DNA of 64,000 bases from assembly GCA_041652235.1 (NCBI GenBank), contig JBAZHQ010000001.1, positions 32 through 64,031 on the forward strand, given 5' to 3'. The translations under genes were made by a program, and so were the position numbers. Positions 44,017 to 51,360 of the stretch are shown here, piece after piece. A model generated the notes under the pieces. That model made no database searches, was not told the origin of the DNA, and saw only the letters and a list, made by a program, of their open reading frames with translations. Numbering within the stretch: position 1 is the stretch's first letter; every line of letters begins with the position of its first letter. Source of the stretch: Opitutaceae bacterium (GTDB lineage Bacteria > Verrucomicrobiota > Verrucomicrobiia > Opitutales > Opitutaceae).

Positions 44017-44035
44017 CTCAAGTCTCCCTTACCTT
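44017..44035 (-). promoter_or_regulatory. Start-associated leader, copy 3 (amidoligase gene)
   Basis: Minus strand reads AAGGTAAGGGAGACTTGAG directly before the ATG. Confidence 0.7.
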
Positions 44036-44661
44036 GATCGCCAAACCCTCTGAGCGAAATGCTCAAGCAGCCCGTACCGGAGTCGAACCGGCGTCCATCT
44101 CTATTATTTTATGGACCCGCTCGGGCTGTGGGGCTCGCGTGCTAGGCGAGCCCGTGTATGCTTGTCGTCCTCTCCGCCTCCGTCCTGCAGCTCTGGCGTG
44201 GCCACCAGTGTCTTAGCCTGCTTCCGGGTTCGTTTGGGCTGCGGTATTTCAGCCTCCAGTCTCGGGTTCCCCCTGGTGCCGACCCCTCTAAACCTGCTCG
44301 CGCTTCCGGTCGGGGGTCGTCCTCGGTTTCGCCTCGCTGCCTCCTCCGCATCGTTTCCCGCACCTCTCGGGCCGCTTCTAGCTTTGCGTGTTCGTCGTTC
44401 GTTCGTTCCCTTGCCCCCTCGCCTTTAAGTATAATCTATAATCGACCCCTGGGAAGCTTCCCGGGACGGATTTTCCAAAGTATTTTTCCGCCGAGACGCA
44501 AACTGCCGCCACATATAGACTTACGGCGGGAAAAATCTTCTGCCTGACCGAAGATTTCCGAAACACAGGCCGGCCGGCCGGCTAGAAGTCCCTCAAAAAA
44601 ACGTCGTAAGTCCCTATGCCGTATAGAGATGGAAAATTCCCGAGCGTCAATCCCTCCAGGA
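44036..44661 (-). other. About 645-nt ORF-poor region, purine-rich on the transcribed strand (candidate ncRNA and/or origin)
   Basis: No convincing ORF on either strand. Contains (ACGA/GAAC)n, a GGCCGGCCGGCCGGC block, a GGGAAGCTTCCC palindrome, the AT-rich patch TATAATCTATAAT and several hairpins. Confidence 0.5.
44069..44127 (-). ncRNA. tRNA-like element lacking a D-arm (T-arm plus acceptor-like stem plus a 6-bp hairpin)
   Basis: Minus strand reads AGCCCGA-GCGG-GTCCAT[AAAATAATAGAG]ATGGAC-GCCGG-TTCGACT-CCGGT-ACGGGCT. It has a T-loop consensus and a 6/7-bp acceptor pairing but is only 59 nt, with no 7-nt anticodon loop. Confidence 0.3.
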
Positions 44662-45075
44662 TCAATCCAATCGCAGCCGCCGCTTGGGCCGGCCGGCCGG
44701 CCCGGGAACGCCCTCCTCCAGCAGCAATCGGGGCCTCGGCAGGCTGTCTAGAGCGGGTTTCGGCCGCCTGGCCCTAGGAGCCCTCGCCCGCGTTGCCCGG
44801 CCCGTCCGGGCCGCCCGGGGCCTCGTCGGGGCTGTTTCGGGCTCCTCGGTATTTGGGGATCGCAGATCCTCGCCCGGCACCACCACCTGCCCGCAATAAC
44901 CAGCCTTCCCCCTCCAAAGATATACATCGCCGCCCTCCTCGGTCTCCCGCCAAGATCGATCCCCGACCGGGGCGAAGCAGGCCAGCATCCCCGCCCGGAG
45001 CGTTTCGCCCGACCCATGAGCCACTATTCGGGGGGTAGGGTTTAGCTCGCCCCAAAACCACAGCCGCACGTGCAT
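44662..45075 (-). CDS. Hypothetical protein with an Arg/Pro-rich tail
   Basis: ATG (MHVRLWFWG) lies 1 nt after the SNF2 stop (TGAAATG). Confidence 0.4.
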   Translation of the reverse strand: MHVRLWFWGELNPTPRIVAHGSGETLRAGMLACFAPVGDRSWRETEEGGDVYLWRGKAGYCGQVVVPGEDLRSPNTEEPETAPTRPRAARTGRATRARAPRARRPKPALDSLPRPRLLLEEGVPGPAGRPKRRLRLD

Positions 45076-45076
45076 T

Positions 45077-46597
45077 TCAATGCCCTCCGCCAAGGATGTT
45101 CAGTCCGCCCTCAATCAATGATACAAATAGATCCCGACCCTCCGCCAGGTACCGCAAGATCTTCTGATCGACGGTTCGCCGCGCGAACAGATCGTAGACA
45201 AACACTCGCCGATTCTGCCCCGGCCGGTGGCACCGCTTTTCAGCCTGTGATCGCACTATAGGCGACGTTGGAGATTCATAGAAAACGACGTACCTAGCCA
45301 CCTGCAAGTTCAACCCCTGCGCCGCGCTCTGGCTGTTGGCCAGGAAGATCCGGCATTTTGGATCCGATACAAACCGACGAAACTCGCCGGCCTTGTCCCG
45401 CGTCCCCGAGTAGAGCCGCGCAAAGGCGATGCCCGCCGACCGCAAATGCGACTCAACCAGATCTCCAGAGTAGATAAACTCGTTGAAGACAACCACCTTC
45501 TCGGTCTCTGGGATCTCCTCCAGAAGGCCAGCCAACAAATCCAGCTTTGAATTCTGCTGCAGCGGAGATGGCTCGCCGTCCACCGAGACAAACCCGCTAG
45601 TGATCTGCCGAAGACGAACAAACACCCCGGTGATATCAATCAGCTTATTCTGCGTCTGCCGCACCTGGTCCATCACGGCTGAGTAGTAAGCTCTCGCCTC
45701 CTCGGACAATGAGAACGGCCGATCGACCCGAACCAGATCGGGAAGATCGAAGCACTCCTCTGAAGAATACCAGATCGACGAATGCGACAGCATCCTCCGA
45801 AGAACCGGCTCTGCCTTTCGCTTGAATGTGTAATCTATGACTCCCCAACGATTCTGCCTCGCCCGAAAAAACGCGGCCCGAAATGGTCCCAGGGTCGACC
45901 CCAGGGATTTGCCACGATCCACGCAGAAAAACTGCGGCCACAGCACGTGCGGATCGCGGCCCATCGGCGTTCCGGTCAGAGCAAGCCGCCATTGAAAGTC
46001 CCGCGTCAGCCGGCTGACGACATTGAAGGTCAGACTTCGATGGTTCATCAATGCCTGGCTCTCGTCGAAGATCGCACCGTCGAATATTTCCTCAGCCCGC
46101 TCCATCAGTACAGGATCGATCCGACGCCTGTTGCCCTGCCAAGAGCAAACAAGTGATTGTAGGCCGGCATAGGTGCATACACACAGCACTTCGTCTCCCT
46201 CCCACACGTCGGTTCGGTCTCGGCGGGATCCCGTAATGTATCCAGCAGACAGATCCGGCGCATGCCTTCCGATCTCCATCCGCCATCCTTCGATGTTCAC
46301 CACGTTCGGAACAAGAATCAACACCCTGCGTAGCTTTCCGATCTTCCGAAGGTACCGCACGGCGTCGAGAGCTACCTTCGTCTTACCGAGTCCCATATCG
46401 AACATGCAGAACAAACTCGGGTACTTCACCGCAAGGACGAAGCCGATCTTCTGATGCCGCCTTGGCTCTGTGAAGAACTTGGGGCTCTTCAGCCGCCCAA
46501 GCTCCCGGGCCAGCCGCTCGTCGGACCAGTCCTTGGCCAGGCTGAGATTTATCAACGGCTGGTTAAGGTATTTCCGCACGGCGCTCTTGAAGATCAT
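45077..46597 (-). CDS. SNF2/Rad54-family helicase
   Basis: GLGKTK, AIFDESQAL (DExx) and a helicase-C block LNLQVARYVVFYESPTSP...QAEKRCHRPGQ. ATGA overlap with the helicase gene upstream. Confidence 0.8.
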   Translation of the reverse strand: MIFKSAVRKYLNQPLINLSLAKDWSDERLARELGRLKSPKFFTEPRRHQKIGFVLAVKYPSLFCMFDMGLGKTKVALDAVRYLRKIGKLRRVLILVPNVVNIEGWRMEIGRHAPDLSAGYITGSRRDRTDVWEGDEVLCVCTYAGLQSLVCSWQGNRRRIDPVLMERAEEIFDGAIFDESQALMNHRSLTFNVVSRLTRDFQWRLALTGTPMGRDPHVLWPQFFCVDRGKSLGSTLGPFRAAFFRARQNRWGVIDYTFKRKAEPVLRRMLSHSSIWYSSEECFDLPDLVRVDRPFSLSEEARAYYSAVMDQVRQTQNKLIDITGVFVRLRQITSGFVSVDGEPSPLQQNSKLDLLAGLLEEIPETEKVVVFNEFIYSGDLVESHLRSAGIAFARLYSGTRDKAGEFRRFVSDPKCRIFLANSQSAAQGLNLQVARYVVFYESPTSPIVRSQAEKRCHRPGQNRRVFVYDLFARRTVDQKILRYLAEGRDLFVSLIEGGLNILGGGH

Positions 46598-48018
46598 AAC
46601 TCCAACCTCTTCTTCTTTCGCGTCTTCCCGCTCAGGGCCTTCCAGTAAACGGAATTCATCCGTGTCGACGAAATGCAAAACTGCCCGGTCGAGTAGCTCT
46701 GACTAAGCAGGATGGTCATTCCCTTGGCCTCGTCCCGGGCCTTCATGACGTGCAGCCGGGCAAGCCCTAGCTTCCGCTCCTCCTCGGTTTGGTTGTAGCT
46801 TATCGCCACATCGCTGGTTGCGATCTTGCTATAGTCCTCGGCGACGTCCTTCTCGGTGATTATGTTTTTCCCCAGGGCCTGCCGGTTGGTCTGGCTCACC
46901 ACCGCGACCGCGATCCGACGCTCCACGGCGATGCCCCGCAGCTCCTGAAACACGCGGCCCAGCGCCAGCCGGTACTCCTGCTTCCCATCGAGGTGCATCA
47001 GATCCGGATAGTCGATCAGCAGAAGATCCGGAACGATCTTCTGCTGCGATTCCAGAGAGTCCAAGTAGCCGATTAGCTGCTGCACGGTCAGCGCGCCGGT
47101 TGGAAACTGTCGTATCACCAACGGGCTCCGCCGGCGCAGCGCCGCTAGCTTCTTCTGAAGCCTCTCCCGCACCCGACGTGTTTCGATGATCTCGTCCAGG
47201 GCATCAACGTTGTCCGGCTCCTCGATATCCACCCCAGTAAGCTGCCCCAGCTTGTTTTCCACCAGCACCCGATACGAGACATTCCGCTCCTTGCGCTTGG
47301 TGATCCCGCAGAATGCCTGCAAGTACCGCGTCGTCGTTTTCCGCTCGCTCATCTCCAACGTGATGTGGACAACCCGCCGCCTCGCCATGATCGCTGCCTT
47401 CCCAAGCCCGATCAACCACCAGCTTTTCCCATAGTTGCTCGGGGCAATCAACAGGTTCAATTCCCCGACGGCCGGCCCGATCCGCTTTGCATCGAGCTCT
47501 TTGACCCCGGTTGGAATTGCCACCACGTCGTCCGATGCCAGATCGAAGATGTCCGTGTTCCCCAGAATGGTCCCGGGGTGAAACAGATCCAGCCGGCCCC
47601 GCATCGCTTTTTGTATGATGGCCTCGGCCTCATCCAGCTTACCTGATTCTATCAGGTCCACAGACTCCATGATCCCCTCACGAAGGGACTGCTGGCGGAT
47701 AAACGATGCCACCTTCGAAAAGACATACTCCGGGTTGATCCCGCCCTTGCAGTGCTCGATCGATAGAAACAGGCCATCCACGATATCCGCAGCCTTCGGA
47801 TCTTCTGCCCTCAGCTCATCTCGGATGTCCAGGGCATGTTCGCCCGGGGGACGACCATACAAAGTCCAGTATGTAGCAGCCTTCCTGGCCCAACCTCGGT
47901 ATGGCGGGTCGTAGATCTTCAGCGGCACCAGGGACTGAATTCGTGGACCATATTCTGTGTCGTACAAGAGCAGTGCGATGAGGCATTCCTGAAGCGTCCC
48001 CGTCAATTCTTCTCGCAT
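46594..48018 (-). CDS. DnaB-like replicative helicase
   Basis: RecA-type C-terminal domain with APSNYGKSWWLIG (Walker A) and LLLIDYPDLM (Walker B). The N-terminal helical domain fits a helicase. Confidence 0.7.
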   Translation of the reverse strand: MREELTGTLQECLIALLLYDTEYGPRIQSLVPLKIYDPPYRGWARKAATYWTLYGRPPGEHALDIRDELRAEDPKAADIVDGLFLSIEHCKGGINPEYVFSKVASFIRQQSLREGIMESVDLIESGKLDEAEAIIQKAMRGRLDLFHPGTILGNTDIFDLASDDVVAIPTGVKELDAKRIGPAVGELNLLIAPSNYGKSWWLIGLGKAAIMARRRVVHITLEMSERKTTTRYLQAFCGITKRKERNVSYRVLVENKLGQLTGVDIEEPDNVDALDEIIETRRVRERLQKKLAALRRRSPLVIRQFPTGALTVQQLIGYLDSLESQQKIVPDLLLIDYPDLMHLDGKQEYRLALGRVFQELRGIAVERRIAVAVVSQTNRQALGKNIITEKDVAEDYSKIATSDVAISYNQTEEERKLGLARLHVMKARDEAKGMTILLSQSYSTGQFCISSTRMNSVYWKALSGKTRKKKRLEL

Positions 48019-48482
48019 CTATCCAGATCTCCTCCCGCCAAAGCGGATGCCAGCAGCCCCGATTCCAGGTACCCAGGAAAATCCCGCTCTACGATCGACC
48101 AGATGCCCCGCATCCCCATCGAAATCCAGTACACAGTCAGATCCTTCTTCTGCCGGCGAATATCCGACAATACACACTGCACGAGGATGTATAGCGATTG
48201 ATTCCGCATCGGCCTCTGGCTAGGCCGGATCACCTCCTCCATGAACCCATACAAAATGCTGGCACCCGCCCGAAAGTTCGCTGCCTGCTTCGATTTCAAA
48301 ATCGCAAACAGGGGCGGGATGCCCCTGCCCCCCATAGACTCACTGATCGCAGTATACACCTGGCCAACGCGATCGTCGGTGGGGCCTACCAGAATCTCGA
48401 TCAACCCCCGAAGCAAGCCAAGCTCCCGCTTTGAGAGAAGTGGGAGCAAGGCTTGTGCGGCGTCAAAGGCTTTCTGAGTCAC
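48003..48482 (-). CDS. Hypothetical protein (possible helicase loader by position)
   Basis: 159 aa with a GTG start and a GTGA overlap. Confidence 0.4.
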   Translation of the reverse strand: MTQKAFDAAQALLPLLSKRELGLLRGLIEILVGPTDDRVGQVYTAISESMGGRGIPPLFAILKSKQAANFRAGASILYGFMEEVIRPSQRPMRNQSLYILVQCVLSDIRRQKKDLTVYWISMGMRGIWSIVERDFPGYLESGLLASALAGGDLDRCEKN

Positions 48483-48676
48483 AGCGACAGCCTCTTATGG
48501 TTTTCTTTTGCCCAGGCCACCACCGCGTCGAAATCGAATCGGATCGCGTCCTTTTTTGCGCCCGGAATCCGAATGCAGGGAATCTTCCCTGCCCGGTACC
48601 ATAGAGCAATGGTCTGCTCTGTCCGATCGAACATCTCCGCGACCTGGCGAACCGTCAGCAAAGTCTTGACGTCCAT
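48479..48676 (-). CDS. Excisionase/MerR-type HTH DNA-binding protein
   Basis: Internal ATG. LLTVRQVAEMFDRTEQTIALWYRAGKIPCIRIPG matches the Xis/AlpA-type HTH pattern. Confidence 0.6.
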   Translation of the reverse strand: MDVKTLLTVRQVAEMFDRTEQTIALWYRAGKIPCIRIPGAKKDAIRFDFDAVVAWAKENHKRLSL

Positions 48677-48692
48677 CCACACACCTCCAATT

Positions 48693-49079
48693 CTAGCCGA
48701 GCACCAGACCCACACTCATGATCTTTGCGATCGTGCCAAAGGACAGCACACCATCGACGACCTTCTTCTGGTTCGGCATCCTGTAGTTGATTCCACGCGC
48801 GGTTATCGACAGGGTGCCCTCAGAGTTGCCACGCCCGTTTTTGATCCGAACCTCCAAGACGGCATCGCCCAGCAAATCAATCGCCACGGCCGCTTTCGGC
48901 TTCGCCACCCTCGGCCTCGTCCCCACCAACCGCGATTGCCGACGAACGTAGCTTACAAGTGATCTGCTGCACCCAACCTTGATGGCGATCGCCGTACCGC
49001 AAGCTTCTCTGTCCTCGTTCAGCATCGCACGCACCATCGCCGCCTTCTTGCCCTTTTTGCCCTTGGGAAAGCCCGTCAT
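48693..49079 (-). CDS. Putative HTH regulator
   Basis: ATG 49079 lies 8 nt after GGAGG (the track start is a TTG). TAIAIKVGCSRSLVSYVRRQ is HTH-like. It is the first gene after the repeat-bearing promoter. Confidence 0.4.
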   Translation of the reverse strand: MTGFPKGKKGKKAAMVRAMLNEDREACGTAIAIKVGCSRSLVSYVRRQSRLVGTRPRVAKPKAAVAIDLLGDAVLEVRIKNGRGNSEGTLSITARGINYRMPNQKKVVDGVLSFGTIAKIMSVGLVLG

Positions 49080-49122
49080 GACCACGTCCTCCAAAGCTAG
49101 TGTCTGTTGCCCCCGTCGTTAT

Positions 49123-49150
49123 ACTATACAAGATATTCGCTCACCATCAA
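49123..49150 (-). promoter_or_regulatory. Sigma70-like promoter overlapping the proximal TACCTTGA repeat
   Basis: Minus strand reads TTGATG (49150..49145), 16 nt, TATAGT (49128..49123). Confidence 0.45.
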
Positions 49151-49211
49151 GGTACGCTCACCGTCAAGGTATCCGGGTCAAGGTACCGAGTATCCGGGTC
49201 AAGGTACCGAA
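49139..49211 (-). repeat. Operator/iteron array: four TCAAGGTA (minus strand TACCTTGA) boxes
   Basis: Boxes lie at 49147, 49164, 49178 and 49199. They are organised as 2 x 17-nt CGCTCACCRTCAAGGTA followed by 2 x 21-nt tandem GTATCCGGGTCAAGGTACCGA. Confidence 0.8.
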
Positions 49212-49340
49212 TCGGAATCCCCGCCGGCGGTGTCGCAAATGAGTAGCGACCAATTCCGCGCTCGCGGACAACGTTGCATCGGTTGCATCGCCACGAACAA
49301 GTGATCCAATCTTCGTCGGTACTGGGTGCGTATGGGTCGT

Positions 49341-49850
49341 TCATGTCTCGTACCTGGCTGTTTCCTCGTTCAATTCCAGTAGCGACACGGAACCCTCGCA
49401 TAGTCCGCGCACGAAATCGCGTCCATCCTGCCGTCCTTTATGATACGCTCCAGCGGCAATCGCCTCGACACCAGCGTAAAGGTCTCGCAGTGCCTCCAGG
49501 GTCGCCAATTCGAGGTACACGTGATTTGATATGCTGTAGTTTGCTGGCGATCCTGGGATGACCGCTTCGGTTGTATACTGCGAGGACGCCGGCTCCACCG
49601 ATAACGCAACGGTGATGTCGAAAAAAGCATCCTGAAATGCCCTTGTTAATTCGCGATCTGAGTAGCGGATGTACGGTAAGGAACCGCTAGATTTCGGCAA
49701 AAGGTACTGCTGACCAAACCTTTTACGCTGGCGCTTCTCTAACAATTTACCGGCACGGATCATGCGGCTGCAGTTGTCGCAAATCGCGTCCGCCTTCCGG
49801 TAGGCTACGATTTCTCCGCAGCCTGGGCACGGTTTTTTTGTTCTGCTCAT
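49341..49850 (-). CDS. Zn-ribbon protein (CPGCG...CDNC)
   Basis: 169 aa in the lower-GC island, preceded by GGGGAGTCGAGAC. Confidence 0.45.
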   Translation of the reverse strand: MSRTKKPCPGCGEIVAYRKADAICDNCSRMIRAGKLLEKRQRKRFGQQYLLPKSSGSLPYIRYSDRELTRAFQDAFFDITVALSVEPASSQYTTEAVIPGSPANYSISNHVYLELATLEALRDLYAGVEAIAAGAYHKGRQDGRDFVRGLCEGSVSLLELNEETARYET

Positions 49851-50091
49851 GTCTCGACTCCCCGTAATTCCCCGTCACCTCCACCGGCGCGTCCAGGCCG
49901 TGGGACCAAGCCAGGAGGAACGCAAGCCCGGTTTCATCCGTCGAACCCAACGGCCCCCCCCCTCGATCGCGGCCAACGTCCGCCATGCGCGATCACGCTG
50001 CGCGGTGACGCGAGCCAAAGTCTCGTAACTCATGGTTCGTCCCTCACTTCCAGTGTGTTGGGGTCAAGTGGGCTTGCTAAGTAGATCATGG

Positions 50092-50262
50092 TCAGTCTTC
50101 TGTGTACTCTTCTGGCATAATCACCCTATCAATAGCTGGCGTAGCGTCGTGGTTCTCACTAGCGGCGAGAACGGCCTCGGCCATCTCATCCCACTGTTCA
50201 TCGGTAGGGTTGCCGTCGCGGAACAGTCGTATGGCGGCTGCCTTGTATTCATCACACGTCAT
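50092..50262 (-). CDS. 56-aa acidic protein (below the track cutoff)
   Basis: Hand translation gives MTCDEYKAAAIRLFRDGNPTDEQWDEMAEAVLAASENHDATPAIDRVIMPEEYTED, preceded by the island leader AACCAACAGGGGAGTGACC. Confidence 0.35.
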   Translation of the reverse strand: MTCDEYKAAAIRLFRDGNPTDEQWDEMAEAVLAASENHDATPAIDRVIMPEEYTED

Positions 50263-50288
50263 GGTCACTCCCCTGTTGGTTCGTCGTC
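50263..50288 (-). repeat. Island translation leader, copy a
   Basis: Minus strand reads GACGACGAACCAACAGGGGAGTGACC before the ATG. Related copies lie at 50866-50888, 51150-51172 and 51355-51385. Confidence 0.7.
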
Positions 50289-50865
50289 AACTTTCGCGGC
50301 ATTGTTTCCAAAGCGTATTCGGATTGTGAAACGCTTTCAGAAACTCATCAATAAGCCATTCGGCCGTCGGTTGCGGTCCGATCGGCATGGCGAGTGGCTC
50401 AGGCAGCGATAGCAACTCTCGCGGTGGCGGTCCCATCAAATCCCGCCACTCCGTTGCAAGCATCTGGTCATCTGCAAACTTGACCCTCGACACCGCCTTG
50501 GCGTCTGGGAATATCTGTAACTGGCAGAGCATCCTATTGTGAATTCGACGTTCGATGTCAGCGAACTCCGGGAGTGACCTCTTCAGCGGTCGCGTGACGT
50601 CGCCCGTGTATGCCTCGGCACCGTCGTGCAACAACGCGAATCGGACCCTCATCTCGTCCCATTCCATATCGAAGTCGGCTATGTCTCCGCAGAACACCTC
50701 CGCGACGTTCAATGAGTGCTCCAGCACGCTGTAGAACCGCGAGCAGTGGCCGTTGAACCGGCAGAGATTGGACAGCGCGTGAGCGATGTCTTCAATGTGG
50801 AACTGCTCCGGCTTAGGATCGAGCAAATCGAACGCGATGCCGCTGTGTGTTTGAATCCAGGTCAT
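50287..50865 (-). CDS. HD-domain phosphohydrolase
   Basis: YSVLEHSL and ALLHDGAEAYTGDV (H...HD...D pattern). ATG 50865 follows the leader GACGAACCAACAGGAGAGTGACC. Confidence 0.7.
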   Translation of the reverse strand: MTWIQTHSGIAFDLLDPKPEQFHIEDIAHALSNLCRFNGHCSRFYSVLEHSLNVAEVFCGDIADFDMEWDEMRVRFALLHDGAEAYTGDVTRPLKRSLPEFADIERRIHNRMLCQLQIFPDAKAVSRVKFADDQMLATEWRDLMGPPPRELLSLPEPLAMPIGPQPTAEWLIDEFLKAFHNPNTLWKQCRES

Positions 50866-50906
50866 GGTCACTCTCCTGTTGGTTCGTCCTGCCAGTTTCC
50901 AGAATC

Positions 50907-51149
50907 TCAGAACTCCAGCTTCTCCACACGGGCAATCTGCTTCCGTAATGACGCCAGCTTGCGTTCCTTCAGCAGCATCGCGTGCTTACGTGCTGACTTA
51001 AGGGTGGTGTGCCAGAAGGGCTTGTGGACGTAATAGTGGAATCCACGCTCTCCCATCACCACCAACATGCTATCGCATGTGTTGGCAATCTCACCCTCGA
51101 CCTCTTTGATTCCGTCAGTAAGGGCGTGCTGTGTGATCCATACCTTCAT
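50907..51149 (-). CDS. Hypothetical protein (80 aa)
   Basis: ATG is preceded by a related leader, AGAACCAACAGGAGTAACGCGAC. Confidence 0.4.
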   Translation of the reverse strand: MKVWITQHALTDGIKEVEGEIANTCDSMLVVMGERGFHYYVHKPFWHTTLKSARKHAMLLKERKLASLRKQIARVEKLEF

Positions 51150-51354
51150 GTCGCGTTACTCCTGTTGGTTCTGCGCTACGATCAGTGTCGTTATTCAGCG
51201 ACGGACTGTCGAGCGGCTCCAGAATTTCCGTTAGTTTCAAAACCCACCATCGCTTCTGCATATCGGACAAGTGGACATTCATAAACGTCTCGTGGTGATC
51301 GTCTGCCACCGCGACGATCTGGTCTGTCACTGCCGCGATACGTTTACTAGGCAT
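51115..51354 (-). CDS. Hypothetical protein (79 aa)
   Basis: ATG is preceded by ACAAACCAAAAGGGGAGTGACGGCCG. It overlaps the next gene by 35 nt. Confidence 0.35.
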   Translation of the reverse strand: MPSKRIAAVTDQIVAVADDHHETFMNVHLSDMQKRWWVLKLTEILEPLDSPSLNNDTDRSAEPTGVTRHEGMDHTARPY

Positions 51355-51360
51355 CGGCCG

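Noticed and set aside
31024-44037. Long + strand ORFs 31024..32679, 39522..41081 and 42352..44037
   Set aside because: They are Arg/Pro/Gly-rich, lack SD-ATG contexts and are completely covered by minus-strand genes with clear catalytic motifs (Dam, AAA+, amidoligase). They are GC-rich shadow ORFs.
44069-44153. Canonical tRNA gene (T-loop GGTTCGACTCC, and a 7-nt-loop hairpin at 44131-44153)
   Set aside because: The acceptor-to-acceptor span is only 59 nt and there is no D-arm. The internal hairpin has a 12-nt loop. The 7-nt-loop hairpin has an 8-bp stem and lies outside the acceptor pairing. It is kept only as a tRNA-like element.
44036-44420. tmRNA (ssrA) on the minus strand, suggested by the GGAC + T-arm + acceptor 3' end and purine-rich body
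   Set aside because: No 5' sequence can pair with the 3' acceptor strand at the expected distance of about 350 nt. There is no G3:U70 pair and no tag-like reading frame ending in hydrophobic residues plus stops. The only partner for the acceptor strand is 59 nt away.
44430-44442. + strand TATAATCTATAAT as a rightward promoter
   Set aside because: No acceptable -35 lies at 16-18 nt (TTGCCC is 13 or 20 nt away), and there is no + strand gene downstream. It is treated as part of the AT-rich patch of the non-coding region.
49935-49955. T-loop-like GGGTTCGACGG on the minus strand
   Set aside because: No flanking acceptor or anticodon stems are present, and it lies inside a small coding region.
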